Source: a bacterium HR15
GTDB lineage: Bacteria; Armatimonadota; Fimbriimonadia; Fimbriimonadales; GBS-DC
Assembly (NCBI GenBank): GCA_002898555.1
Contig: BEHR01000002.1
Span: 9,898-73,897 of the forward strand
Length of the DNA stretch: 64,000 nt
Direction: 5' to 3'
The notes beneath the pieces are model-generated. The model was not told the origin of the DNA, did no database searches, and saw nothing but the letters and a program-made list of their open reading frames with translations. The translations under genes and the position numbers were made by a program. This document shows positions 1 through 9,737 of the stretch, in pieces (the first letter of the stretch is position 1; every line of letters begins with the position of its first letter).

Positions 1-1
1 A

Positions 2-808
2 GAGGAGGCAAACGACCCCGCCTTCGCTCAGGCACTGGCGCGACTGGGCGAGATTTATGTGAACGACGCCTTCGGCTCCGCGCACCGTGCGCACGCCTCC
101 ACGGAGGGTGTCGCGCATTACCTGCCTGCCGTTGCTGGCTTGCTCATGGAAAAAGAGTTGCGCTATCTGGGCAACGCGCTGATGAAACCTGAACGCCCCT
201 TCATCGCCATCTTGGGCGGGGCAAAGGTGCATGATAAAATCGGCGTCATTCAGAACCTGTTGCCCAAAGTGGACCGCTTGCTGATTGGTGGCGGGATGGC
301 GTTCACTTTCATTAAAGCGCGGGGCTATGAAATCGGTCGCTCGCTGCTGGATAGTGAGAGCGTCGAGTTTGCCCATCGCGTGCTACAAGAGGCGGGCGAT
401 AAAATTCTTCTGCCCGTGGATGTGGTGGTTGCGCCGGAGCCACGCGCAGACGCCCCGACGCAGATCGTACCCATCGAACAGATCCCACCCGATCAGATGG
501 GGCTGGATATCGGTCCGCAGACGGTGGCGCGTTTTGGCGAGGTGATACGCACGGCGCGCACCATCGTGTGGAACGGTCCGCTGGGGATGTTCGAACTCGC
601 ACCTTTTGCCGCGGGCACACGGGGCATCCTGCAAGCAGTTGCCGAATCGGGGGCAGTCTCCATTCTCGGTGGAGGCGATACCGCGGCGGCAGCAGAGCAA
701 CTTGGCTTCGCTGACCGCATCACCCATCTCTCAACAGGTGGGGGCGCGTCGCTGGAGTTTCTGGAAGGGCGTGAGCTGCCCGGCATCGCCGCGCTCATGG
801 AGGCATGA
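2..808 (+). CDS. pgk: phosphoglycerate kinase (5' end outside window)
   Basis: [51 protein letters not shown] motifs. Confidence 0.97.
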   Translation, partial: EEANDPAFAQALARLGEIYVNDAFGSAHRAHASTEGVAHYLPAVAGLLMEKELRYLGNALMKPERPFIAILGGAKVHDKIGVIQNLLPKVDRLLIGGGMAFTFIKARGYEIGRSLLDSESVEFAHRVLQEAGDKILLPVDVVVAPEPRADAPTQIVPIEQIPPDQMGLDIGPQTVARFGEVIRTARTIVWNGPLGMFELAPFAAGTRGILQAVAESGAVSILGGGDTAAAAEQLGFADRITHLSTGGGASLEFLEGRELPGIAALMEA

Positions 809-1660
809 ATGTCTCATGTGCTGCTCGTGTATAATGCCGGTAAAGCGGAAGCGGTGCGCTATGCCCAAGAGGCAGCGCGCTACCTCCGCACCCAAAGGCA
901 CGAAGTGGTGCTTGCCGATCAGCAGACCGTCGCGACCTGGGAGCAGCTGCCCGACCCACAAATCGCCCTGGTGGTGACGCTGGGCGGCGACGGCACACTG
1001 CTTACAGGCGCCCATCTGGCAGCCCCTGCAGGCGTACCCCTTTTAGGAGTGCACCTGGGACGGTTCGGATTTATCGCGCAAGTGGAGCCAGAAGAGCTGC
1101 ACGACGCGCTCGCACGGTGGCAACAGGGCGACTATACGCTCCAAGAGCGACTCATGGTGCAGTCCCAGGTGGCGGGCGAGAGGCGACTCGCATGGGCACT
1201 CAACGAAATCGCCTTGCTGCGCCACCCAACCTCACCCATGCTCGATTTCAGCATTACCATCAACGGACTGCCGTTGACCACTTATCCCGCAGATGGCTCA
1301 TTGGTGGCGACACCGACAGGTTCCACTGCTTACGCGCTCTCTGCAGGCGCGCCCGTGGTGCATCCTGCCACCGAGGCGCTGGTGCTGGCGCCCATCTCGC
1401 CACACACGCTGGGCGCACGCCCGCTTGTGCTGCCGCCCACTGCACGAATCGAAATTACCGTGGGTTGCGAAGCAACAGGCGACCCAGAGGTGCAGGTGCT
1501 GATGACCGCCGATGGACGCCGCCACCAGTGGCTTACTGTGGGGCAAACTATCATCGCCTCCGCCGCACCCTTCCGCGCCAAGCTGCTCGTGTTCAACGAA
1601 GGGGAGTTCTTTGAGAAGCTACGCGACCGCCTGCTATGGGGCGTGCGTGTGAATGAATAA
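809..1660 (+). CDS. nadK: NAD kinase
   Basis: LGGDGTLL, LNE, ADG..VATPTGSTAYALSAG motifs. Confidence 0.95.
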   Translation: MSHVLLVYNAGKAEAVRYAQEAARYLRTQRHEVVLADQQTVATWEQLPDPQIALVVTLGGDGTLLTGAHLAAPAGVPLLGVHLGRFGFIAQVEPEELHDALARWQQGDYTLQERLMVQSQVAGERRLAWALNEIALLRHPTSPMLDFSITINGLPLTTYPADGSLVATPTGSTAYALSAGAPVVHPATEALVLAPISPHTLGARPLVLPPTARIEITVGCEATGDPEVQVLMTADGRRHQWLTVGQTIIASAAPFRAKLLVFNEGEFFEKLRDRLLWGVRVNE

Positions 1661-1694
1661 ATCTTTTTCGGGGTGAGTAGCGAATTGGCTCGGT

Positions 1695-2861
1695 TCACTC
1701 CTTGTTTCGGGACGAATCGCAGATGGCTCGGATACGAGCCACTTCCTGCTCCAGGACCGCCACCACATAGTCCAGTTCCGCTTGCGTTGTGTGGCGTCCG
1801 AGCGTGAAGCGGATGCCCTGCTGCGCTGCGTCTTCCTCCCAGCCGAGCGCAAGCAACACATGGGAAGGTTCGAGCGAGCCTGCGCTGCATGCTGCCCCGC
1901 TGCTCGCCGCGATACCGTTTCGATCCAGCGCAATCAGCAAACTATCGGCGGGCACTCCCACAAAACGGAAATGCGCGTTGCTGGGCAATCGCTGTTCGGG
2001 ATGCCCGGTGAGGATAGTGTCAGGGATGCGCTTCAACACCTGGTCGATGAAATGGTCGCGCAGGGCAGCAAGCCTTTGTGCATCTTCGTCGCGACGCGCT
2101 TCGGCGATCTCCACCGCTTTCGCGAAACCGACGATGCCCGCCACATTTTCAGTGCCTGCCCGCCGCTCGCGCTCCTGACCACCGCCCACCAACAATGGCT
2201 GCAGGGGCGTGCCCGCCCGAATATAGAGCGCGCCCACACCCTTTGGTCCGTAGAGCTTGTGCGCTGAAACACTCAGTAAATCGCTCCCGATTTGCTCCAC
2301 CTGCACATGGAGCAACCCGAAGGTCTGCACCGCATCCACATGAAAAAGCACCCCACGCTCGCGACAGATGGCGCCGATGACCTCCACCGGTTGCAGCGTG
2401 CCAATCTCGTTATTCGCGTGCATGACCGAGACGAGCCAAGTATCGGGTCGGATTCGGCGACGCACCTCGTCCGGGTCTACCTGCCCGTATGAGTCCACAG
2501 GGAGCTGCTCCACCTCATAGCCGATGGGGCGGAGCCACTCGGCAGCATTTAGCACAGCATGATGTTCCACGGCAGAAACGAGCAGATGGCGCCGATGAGC
2601 AGGTGCTTTAAGGGATGTGCCGATAATCGCCAGATTGCACGCCTCGGTGCCCGATGAGGTAAAACAGATTTCGGCAGGGTCACAGCCCAGCGCACGGGCG
2701 ATGGTCTCTCGCGCCTCATCGATGGCGAGCCGTGCTTGCCGTCCCCAGCCATGCAGGCTGGAGGGGTTACCGAACGCATCCTTGAGAAACGGCTCCATTG
2801 CCCGCCTCGCCTCTGGGTCTAAGGGCGTAGTCGCCGCGTGGTCTAAATAGACACTGCGCAT
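1695..2861 (-). CDS. iscS: cysteine desulfurase (IscS/NifS family)
   Basis: YLDHAATTP, HVDAVQ, SAHKLYGPKG (PLP Lys), SSGAACSAG. Confidence 0.93.
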   Translation of the reverse strand: MRSVYLDHAATTPLDPEARRAMEPFLKDAFGNPSSLHGWGRQARLAIDEARETIARALGCDPAEICFTSSGTEACNLAIIGTSLKAPAHRRHLLVSAVEHHAVLNAAEWLRPIGYEVEQLPVDSYGQVDPDEVRRRIRPDTWLVSVMHANNEIGTLQPVEVIGAICRERGVLFHVDAVQTFGLLHVQVEQIGSDLLSVSAHKLYGPKGVGALYIRAGTPLQPLLVGGGQERERRAGTENVAGIVGFAKAVEIAEARRDEDAQRLAALRDHFIDQVLKRIPDTILTGHPEQRLPSNAHFRFVGVPADSLLIALDRNGIAASSGAACSAGSLEPSHVLLALGWEEDAAQQGIRFTLGRHTTQAELDYVVAVLEQEVARIRAICDSSRNKE

Positions 2862-2878
2862 CAGCCAGATTGTACCTT

Positions 2879-3814
2879 TTATAGAAGGCTCAACTGGTGT
2901 TTCCGACGAAGCCCAGATACCGGGTCTGACTCCTGTACCGGAGCAGCAAAGCCGGGGCGAATTAGCAATGCTTCATGCATCCAGCTGCGCAAATCTTCAG
3001 TAGCACCCAGATGATAGAAATGACGACATACTCTTAGCTCCAAATCACTCCATAATGCCTCGATCAAACCATTTCTCCGATAGGGATTTTCCCACCACAT
3101 GGAAAGCGCATAGCCACAGGGTAGCTGCCGCATCGCATCTGCCAAGCGCAAGGTGTCTTCTATTCCCCAGTGATTATAGTAATCCGTATGCCTACCGATG
3201 TAAGGAGGGTCGAGATAGATAAAATCCAAAACCTCTGCCTCTTGAAGGGTTTCTTCCCACGAGGCAACTCGAAATTCCCATTCCTTTCCTTGTATCTGAT
3301 GATAAACCCAGCGAATCTGATTGACAATCTTGCTGATGTAGGCCGGCGTAAAACGATTCGGCTTTCGACAGAAAGGCACATTAAACTCACCACTCCGATT
3401 GAAACGCATCAAACCATTGAAGCATGCACGATTGAGAAAAAGGAAGTCCAGTGGTGAACCTGTCCGATTGAAGCGTTCACGCACCTCATAGTAATAGTCC
3501 TCCCCACCGCGTTCCAACTTGCGTCCCTCATCGGCAAGATATTCACGCACGACGGTAGGCGTCACCTCCCCTTGCTGAACGGCTTGATAAAAACGGATGA
3601 TATGCTGATTAGTGTCCGCCAATAGCGCGCGCTGAGGCGCGAGATTAAGAGCCACCACCCCTGAACCCAAAAATGGCTCGATCCAGCGACCCCCAGCTGC
3701 TTCATCCCAGTAAATACTGCGAAAGATAAAGGGTACCAGCTTGGTTTTAATCCCTTGACACTTAATGGGCGGTGCTTTTGCAAAGCGAATCTGCCGCGGT
3801 AACCCCTGCATCAT
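2879..3814 (-). CDS. Dam-family N6-adenine DNA methyltransferase, M.EcoRV-like
   Basis: PPIKCQGIKTKL, EPFLGSG (motif I), DPPY (motif IV), FNVPF; adjacent to EcoRV-like REase. Confidence 0.92.
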   Translation of the reverse strand: MMQGLPRQIRFAKAPPIKCQGIKTKLVPFIFRSIYWDEAAGGRWIEPFLGSGVVALNLAPQRALLADTNQHIIRFYQAVQQGEVTPTVVREYLADEGRKLERGGEDYYYEVRERFNRTGSPLDFLFLNRACFNGLMRFNRSGEFNVPFCRKPNRFTPAYISKIVNQIRWVYHQIQGKEWEFRVASWEETLQEAEVLDFIYLDPPYIGRHTDYYNHWGIEDTLRLADAMRQLPCGYALSMWWENPYRRNGLIEALWSDLELRVCRHFYHLGATEDLRSWMHEALLIRPGFAAPVQESDPVSGLRRKHQLSLL

Positions 3815-4638
3815 ATCATGCCTCCTTGTTTATATCGTTGATAGCTTTCCAGATCTGAATAAGGTGGTTTTTCAAGCCCTTCTGCCCGCGCCATATCGGT
3901 GGTCAAGTAGTGCATCCAATAATCATCGAACACCTCCTCGCCCAGCTCGGCAAATGGGCCTCTGCCCTTGACGAGATCCTCAATACGAGTGATCGCACCT
4001 ATGTTTTTTGTATTACCACTTCCAGGTTTATCACTTGTAATTTTATATTTGTATTGAACAAAAAGAAGTATATCACTAATCACTGCTGGAATACTATTTA
4101 ACTCCTTCAAAGCATACGCGCGGGAACGATTGATGGAGCTATCATTGCGCGTATAGATAATCCCCAGCACAAAGTGTGCCGAATACTCTTCATAAGGAAG
4201 GGTTATGTTCTTTCTGGAGCGACGATTTCGAAAGTAGCCGGTGAACGCTCCAAGTGTCATCATGCTTACCTCTGTATCAGAAAGTCGATATGCGCTTTTT
4301 ATGTCGAGAGCAAACTTGTGCCTGTGAGGTGTATCATCAATAAAGGTTATATCTGGATAGTAATTTTGCTTCGGAGATAGTACTGTTTTGTACTTATGCT
4401 TTTGAGCAAACTGAAGCATGTGTGGTAGAAGCACGATTTCCATAATCTTGGAAATAAGCTTTGTGTCTGCTGAGAGGGCGTATATCTGCTGGAAAGTATC
4501 TATCACACCCCGTATCGCCCAATCCCTGCCTTGCCCACTCAGCAGGCAATTGAGCTGTTCAACCTGTTTCTGAAGACGTTTCAGAAAGGCATCCGCTGCT
4601 CTTTGTCCGGCGGACATATCTATATAATACCTCAACAT
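3811..4638 (-). CDS. type II restriction endonuclease, EcoRV family (alternative start 4617)
   Basis: DTKLISKI, QNYYPD..F, ALDIK, TLGAFTGYFR, GSGNTKNIG match EcoRV signature segments; AT-rich; ATGA overlap with the MTase. Confidence 0.88.
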   Translation of the reverse strand: MLRYYIDMSAGQRAADAFLKRLQKQVEQLNCLLSGQGRDWAIRGVIDTFQQIYALSADTKLISKIMEIVLLPHMLQFAQKHKYKTVLSPKQNYYPDITFIDDTPHRHKFALDIKSAYRLSDTEVSMMTLGAFTGYFRNRRSRKNITLPYEEYSAHFVLGIIYTRNDSSINRSRAYALKELNSIPAVISDILLFVQYKYKITSDKPGSGNTKNIGAITRIEDLVKGRGPFAELGEEVFDDYWMHYLTTDMARAEGLEKPPYSDLESYQRYKQGGMI

Positions 4639-4662
4639 GTTGGACGAAGTGTAGCGATCAGA

Positions 4663-5241
4663 CTATTCTGCTTCTTTCGCTTCAGATCGCCCCCATAGTC
4701 CTCCTATGCCCAGGGCAAGCCAATACACTCCCAGTGCCCAGCCGAACACGGGGATCCAGACCACCAGCAAGAAGAGAGCGCTCCCGAGCAGCACACACCA
4801 GCCCATGCTCAGATCACGCCAGCCAAAAAGCTGGGCTGCGGCATCGCCCAATACAGCTGCCACGCTGCCAAAGCCCAGCAACGCCAGCAGGAGATATGCC
4901 AACGCAATCGTCAGCGCAATCAACCCTGCAAAGCCCGCCGTGCGTTCGTCACCTGCCTTTTTCAGGCTATCGCCGAGTGCGCCAAACAGTATGGTCAGCA
5001 GCAACGCGACGGCAGTGATGGCAAGCCCTCGCCAGAACAGGGCGCGCTCTCCCTCGCGAATCGCGCGGATATGTGCCTGCGCCCGTTCACGACGCAATAT
5101 CAGCCCTACCAGCCCAATCGCTGCCAGCGTTAGATAAAGCAGGAATGGCCCCAGCGCACTTGCATCCGCACGCGCCTGCTCCTGAGCTATGGCATCGGTC
5201 AACAAAAACAAGCCGTTCAGTATCAGAACCGTTGTTCTCAT
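4663..5241 (-). CDS. hypothetical multi-pass membrane protein
   Basis: several hydrophobic segments; ATGA-coupled to the upstream gene. Confidence 0.75.
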   Translation of the reverse strand: MRTTVLILNGLFLLTDAIAQEQARADASALGPFLLYLTLAAIGLVGLILRRERAQAHIRAIREGERALFWRGLAITAVALLLTILFGALGDSLKKAGDERTAGFAGLIALTIALAYLLLALLGFGSVAAVLGDAAAQLFGWRDLSMGWCVLLGSALFLLVVWIPVFGWALGVYWLALGIGGLWGRSEAKEAE

Positions 5242-5612
5242 CCCAGCACCTCACGCAGTAGTTGCAATCCTGTCAGCAGGGTGTGTTGCGCTTCCTGAAG
5301 CAGCCCTTGCCAGTGTGGGTAAGGCGTCGTCTGCAGCGCGGTCTCTGTGAGGGAGGGCGCAAACATCTGCTGAAGGAGATAGGCGGTAGGTAGCAGCAAC
5401 AACAGCCAGAGGAACGCAGCCGGTTGAAGCCAGCTGCGTGGGGATGGGGGCAATGCGCAGGATGTGGGCGCGGGCAGGGTTGGCAGCGCACGCAACAGCT
5501 GCCCCACCGCATCCATCGCCGCGGCGTCCATTTTGCTCGGCTCGGCAGGAGCCTCGCCCTCCAAGTTCGGCTCGGCAGGAGCCTCGCCCTCCAGTTTGTG
5601 CCAATCACTCAT
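5238..5612 (-). CDS. putative membrane anti-sigma factor carrying an in-frame REP doublet
   Basis: ATG 5612 overlaps the ECF sigma TGA (ATGA); single TM segment; LEGEAPAEP x2 encoded by a REP. Confidence 0.65.
   Translation of the reverse strand: MSDWHKLEGEAPAEPNLEGEAPAEPSKMDAAAMDAVGQLLRALPTLPAPTSCALPPSPRSWLQPAAFLWLLLLLPTAYLLQQMFAPSLTETALQTTPYPHWQGLLQEAQHTLLTGLQLLREVLG
5537..5593 (+). repeat. two tandem copies (30-bp period) of REP-like TCGGCTCGGCAGGAGCCTCGCCCTCCA
   Basis: direct repeat at 5537 and 5567; same element at 61816-61944. Confidence 0.92.
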
Positions 5613-6148
5613 CCCAGTTCCTCCTCGATCCAGCGTCGGAGCTGTTCCCGCCCGCGATGGAGCCATGTCTTAACCGTGCCGATAGGCGCACCGAGCTGCG
5701 CCGCGACCTCTTTGAGGGGCAGCCCCTCGGTATAGTGCAGCAGGAGCGCGGCTCGCTGTTCCGCAGGTAAGCGCAACAGCAGCCGCTGGAGTGTGCGTTG
5801 CCGTTCACGCTCGTAAATCTGCTCCTCTATGGTCGGCACATACGGCATGGCTTTAGCAGCGCGTTCCATTCGTTCCTGTTCCACCCGGTGGTCGCGCAGC
5901 GCGTTCAGGCACAGGCGCGCCGTGATGCACAGCAGCCAGGTGGCAAAGGGTTGCGCGGGGTCATACAGCCCCAACCGTGTGTAGGCACGCAGGAACGCTT
6001 CTTGAGTCAGGTCCTCCGCCCATGCGGCGTCGCCCAGCATGCGGAACGCCAGTGAAAAGACACGGTCGCGATAGCGCTCCATCAATCGGTCAAACGCTGT
6101 TAGATCGCCTTCCAGACACCGCGCCACGAGCCATTCATCGGAAAGCAT
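5609..6148 (-). CDS. ECF RNA polymerase sigma factor
   Basis: AEDLTQEAFLRAY, FATWL (region 2) and LKEVAAQLGAPIGTVKTWLHRGR (region 4). Confidence 0.93.
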   Translation of the reverse strand: MLSDEWLVARCLEGDLTAFDRLMERYRDRVFSLAFRMLGDAAWAEDLTQEAFLRAYTRLGLYDPAQPFATWLLCITARLCLNALRDHRVEQERMERAAKAMPYVPTIEEQIYERERQRTLQRLLLRLPAEQRAALLLHYTEGLPLKEVAAQLGAPIGTVKTWLHRGREQLRRWIEEELG

Positions 6149-6151
6149 CGC

Positions 6152-7213
6152 TCAGTGCTCCAACTTCACTGCTCGCACCAGCCAGCGATTGGCAGGCTGC
6201 GCCTCGCCGGTGACGACTCCCATGTCAATCAGCGAGAGCAATTTCACGCGTGCAGGCACCAGTTTGCCGTTGCCTTTGCCCTTCGTGTCGTCGGTGAGGG
6301 TGAACGCGTTCCACTCCAGGCGCAGCGTTTCGGGTTTATCTTCCCCGCCCACTGCCCGACTCGCCATCCACCGCTCACCATCCTCCTCTTCCAAGACGAC
6401 GGCAAGTGTGGTCGCGTTTTTGACCTGCAGGGTGATGATCAACCCTTTTGCCTCGGCGAGCGCGCCTTTCGGCAGTGGACGCCCCACTGCCAGCAACCAC
6501 GGAAACTCTTGCTTATACTCTACCTGCATGCCGCCTGCTTCGGGTCTGATACGCACACCCTGGGTGGCGAACCACATGAGGTAGTCGCGCTGGAAATCGT
6601 CCAGAATGTCCTTGTTCGGTGTGCGTGGTGGGGCTTTGCTCAAGAATTCGAAATCGTCCAGCCAGAGCAGGCGTGTACCGCGCATCTCACCAAAAAAGGC
6701 AGCAGCTTCTGGCGTCGCCGCAAAGAGTGCGCCCGCATCCAGTATGCCGATACCTTCTGCCCGATCCATATCGAGCTTGCCGTTCTGTGGCTGGCTATCG
6801 TCGGTTGGGATAAAGTCGCTCAGAGCAAGGGTGACTCGTTGCCACTCGTTATGCCCGCACCAGAAGGGCACCTGCCACCGCTCACCCCCTTCTTCCGACA
6901 CGATGAACACCAGCATCGTGGGGCGGTCGGTTTTGACCCAGAAACGGAAGCCTTGCGCCCAGCTTTCAGGCTCCAGACGCACAATCGCGTTGAACTTGCC
7001 CTGTGCCACCGTGTAGGTATAGACCAAAGCATACTTCCCGCTTTTCACATCGCGCTCGTTGCTGGTGCGCTCCACCTTCCCATCGGCGCCGGGAAGCACG
7101 AACCAGCCGTGATCCTCGCGCTCAAAATCGATCACGCTTTTCGGCTCCTGCTGTGCCAAGTTCAGCGCCCCCAGCCCCAGCAGCCCGCTTACAACTGCCA
7201 GCCATCGTTTCAT
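6152..7213 (-). CDS. secreted protein with tandem CBM11/CIA30-like beta-sandwich domains
   Basis: signal peptide MKRWLAVVSGLLGLGALNLAQ; duplicated EE.GERW and NGKL segments. Confidence 0.65.
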   Translation of the reverse strand: MKRWLAVVSGLLGLGALNLAQQEPKSVIDFEREDHGWFVLPGADGKVERTSNERDVKSGKYALVYTYTVAQGKFNAIVRLEPESWAQGFRFWVKTDRPTMLVFIVSEEGGERWQVPFWCGHNEWQRVTLALSDFIPTDDSQPQNGKLDMDRAEGIGILDAGALFAATPEAAAFFGEMRGTRLLWLDDFEFLSKAPPRTPNKDILDDFQRDYLMWFATQGVRIRPEAGGMQVEYKQEFPWLLAVGRPLPKGALAEAKGLIITLQVKNATTLAVVLEEEDGERWMASRAVGGEDKPETLRLEWNAFTLTDDTKGKGNGKLVPARVKLLSLIDMGVVTGEAQPANRWLVRAVKLEH

Positions 7214-7303
7214 CGCTTGCCTCCACAACAGTTTACACGGCGGATAGCGGAAAGGTTTCAGGCGCGTGTGGGACAGACTGCCATGCTACACTATATCTTT
7301 GCG

Positions 7304-8416
7304 ATGGCGATGGAGATTTATCGGGAAGGCGCGGTGGAGTTCTCTCTGCCCGTCAGCGAGCGGGTGTTTTACAATCCTCGCGCGCGGCTGGGACGCGACA
7401 TGGGCGTGTTGGCGATGCGGGTAGAGGCGGAACGGCTGGAGCGACCGCTGGAGGTGTTGGAACTGATGGCGGGGCTGGGGCTGCGCACGCGCCGCTACCT
7501 TACCGAGGCACCCGTCGCTCATCTCCTTGTGAACGATGCCAATTACGACGCCTTCGCCTACCTGCAAGAAACGCTCAAGGACGAAACCCGTGTGGAGCTG
7601 CGGAATGAACTTGCCCAACGATTGCTCGCCCGACTCTATCTGGAGGATCGGCGGTTTGACTGGGTGGATTTGGACCCGTTCGGTTCGCCCGCGCCCTTTG
7701 TGCCCTGGGCGACGGGGGTCATCCGTTGGGAGGGGCTGCTCTATGTGACGGCGACCGACGCGCCCGTGCTGTGTGGTGCGCAACGGGGCGAGGCGCTCAA
7801 ATCGTATGACGCGGTTTCCGCGCTGGGGCGCGAATGTCATGAGTTCGGGTTGCGCATTCTGGTTGGCTTTCTGCAGCGACGGCTGGTGCAAGCCAACATG
7901 CACGGTGTGCCTCTATTCAGCCTCTTCGATGGCTATTGCTGGCGGGTGTTGATGCGTGTGTTCAAGGGCACGCGCGGCTTTAATACCGAGCATTTGGGTT
8001 TTATCGCGCAGATGCCCGACGGCGAGTATCGCGCCACGCATGCCGGCGTGCCTGCCCCGGTCATCCATACCTATGACCCCGCGCAGACAGTGCGCTGGAT
8101 CGGCCCACTATGGCTGGGCCCCCTGCATGACCATGCCTTTCTGGGCGCGATGTTCCGCGCTGCGCACGAGGATTACTTTGCCGAGACGCGTCGATTCCTC
8201 ACCAGGCTCAATCGCGAGTTGGACGAGCTGCCTGTGATTTATAACCTGTCGGCACTGGCGGACAAATTAGACCGTTCCGTCCCGCCTACGCGCGAGGCGA
8301 TTAAGTTTTTGCGCGAGCGGGGCTACCGTGCTTCGGGAGTTCATCATTCAGGCAACTCCATTCGCACCGATGCCCCTCTCTCCACCATTTTACAACTGTG
8401 GGAGTACCAGGTATAA
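7304..8416 (+). CDS. trm1: tRNA (guanine26-N2)-dimethyltransferase, Trm1 family
   Basis: VFYNP..RLGRD, G.GLR..RY, DLDPFGSPAPF, GLLYVTATD, GPLWLGPLHD, RTDAP; the track ORF 6155..8416 is over-extended. Confidence 0.88.
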   Translation: MAMEIYREGAVEFSLPVSERVFYNPRARLGRDMGVLAMRVEAERLERPLEVLELMAGLGLRTRRYLTEAPVAHLLVNDANYDAFAYLQETLKDETRVELRNELAQRLLARLYLEDRRFDWVDLDPFGSPAPFVPWATGVIRWEGLLYVTATDAPVLCGAQRGEALKSYDAVSALGRECHEFGLRILVGFLQRRLVQANMHGVPLFSLFDGYCWRVLMRVFKGTRGFNTEHLGFIAQMPDGEYRATHAGVPAPVIHTYDPAQTVRWIGPLWLGPLHDHAFLGAMFRAAHEDYFAETRRFLTRLNRELDELPVIYNLSALADKLDRSVPPTREAIKFLRERGYRASGVHHSGNSIRTDAPLSTILQLWEYQV

Positions 8417-8426
8417 TTTTGTTGCC

Positions 8427-8627
8427 ATGCGAGTGCGCATCAACGGTACGGAGCGCGACCTGCCCGAAGCGACCACGCTGCTGCAATTGCTTCAGGAGCG
8501 CGGATTGGACCCCCGTATGGTCGTGGTAGAGCATAACTACGAGATTGTTCCCCGCGAGCGTTATGGCGAGGTGGTGCTACATGAGGGCGATAATGTGGAA
8601 ATCGTGCAGATGGTAGCAGGGGGCTGA
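8427..8627 (+). CDS. thiS: sulfur carrier protein ThiS
   Basis: 66 aa, VVVEHN.EIV, C-terminal GG; next to thiO. Confidence 0.93.
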   Translation: MRVRINGTERDLPEATTLLQLLQERGLDPRMVVVEHNYEIVPRERYGEVVLHEGDNVEIVQMVAGG

Positions 8628-8630
8628 GCG

Positions 8631-9737
8631 ATGACGGTGCTGGTGATAGGGGCAGGCGTGATTGGGTCCGCTATCGCATGGGAATTGCGGCGGCGAGGGG
8701 CGTCGGTGGTGCTGTTGGAGAGCCTCTCGGAGGGTGGGCAAACCTCTGTCGCTTCCGCTGGCATGGTGAACCCGTTCAGCCTGACCCCCGCGGAGACCCC
8801 TGCGCTCCCTTTTATGTTGCACAGCCTGAACCTCTACCCCGACTGGGCAACGCAGCTGTACGAAGCGGTCGGCATCGATATCGAGTGGTGTCGCTGTGGC
8901 AGCCTGAGGGTCGCGCTCCACGATTCGGATGCTCAAAGCGTGCGTGCGACCTATGAATGGGTTGTGCGCTATGAGGCACAAGCCCAACTGCTCAGCGCGC
9001 GTGAGGCGCGTGAACTGGAGCCTGTGTTAACCGAGGAGTGCAGCCTTGCGCTCTGGCTACCGAACGAGGGCTGGGTGCATACAGGGCGGCTTATGCGCGC
9101 CCTGCATGCGGCGGCGGTGCAGGCAGGGGTGGAGTTCTATCGGGGTCAGCCTGTGGTGGGATTTCTGCAGGAGAATGGGCGCATCGTGGGCGTGCGCACG
9201 GCAGGCGGTGTCCTACGCGGCGATGCGGTCGTGGTGGCAGCGGGCGCATGGACAGGCGCGCTGCTCCATACGCTCGGCATCCATGTACCCATTGAACCGG
9301 TGCGCGGGCAGATTCTGGTGTTGAGCGATCTGCCGCAGCCAGTGCGTCATATCATGACTTCTCTGATTGGCTATTTGGTGCCCCGCGCGAATGGCACCGT
9401 GCTGCTGGGCGCAACGCGCGAACATGCGGGTTTCGACCTGCGAGCAACAGCGGCAGGCATGCACCACCTGCTGCAGACTCTCGCACGCCTGTTTCCTGCG
9501 CTAATAAGCGCCACCGTGCTTAAGCACACGGTTGGCTTGCGTCCCGGCACACCCGACGCGAACCCGCTTATCGGTGGCATAGCGGGGTTTGAACAGCTCT
9601 ATCTGGCAAGCGGGCACGCTTATCACGGCATCCTGCTTGCGCCCGCCACCGCGCAAGCCGTCGCTGACTTGGTGCTGAACGGTCAAACCGACCTGCCTAT
9701 CGCCCCCTTCGACCCCGCGCGGTTCCTTTCAGCCTGA
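8631..9737 (+). CDS. thiO: glycine oxidase ThiO
   Basis: IGAGVIG FAD motif, PVRGQI, GLRPGTPD, GILLAP. Confidence 0.88.
   Translation: MTVLVIGAGVIGSAIAWELRRRGASVVLLESLSEGGQTSVASAGMVNPFSLTPAETPALPFMLHSLNLYPDWATQLYEAVGIDIEWCRCGSLRVALHDSDAQSVRATYEWVVRYEAQAQLLSAREARELEPVLTEECSLALWLPNEGWVHTGRLMRALHAAAVQAGVEFYRGQPVVGFLQENGRIVGVRTAGGVLRGDAVVVAAGAWTGALLHTLGIHVPIEPVRGQILVLSDLPQPVRHIMTSLIGYLVPRANGTVLLGATREHAGFDLRATAAGMHHLLQTLARLFPALISATVLKHTVGLRPGTPDANPLIGGIAGFEQLYLASGHAYHGILLAPATAQAVADLVLNGQTDLPIAPFDPARFLSA

Noticed and set aside
6155-7303. N-terminal extensions of the track ORFs for trm1 (from 6155), ligA (from 59059), the HD gene (from 17910) and the MBL hydrolase (from 51108)
   Set aside because: The extensions overlap real opposite-strand genes or intergenic DNA, and the conserved motifs begin at downstream starts.
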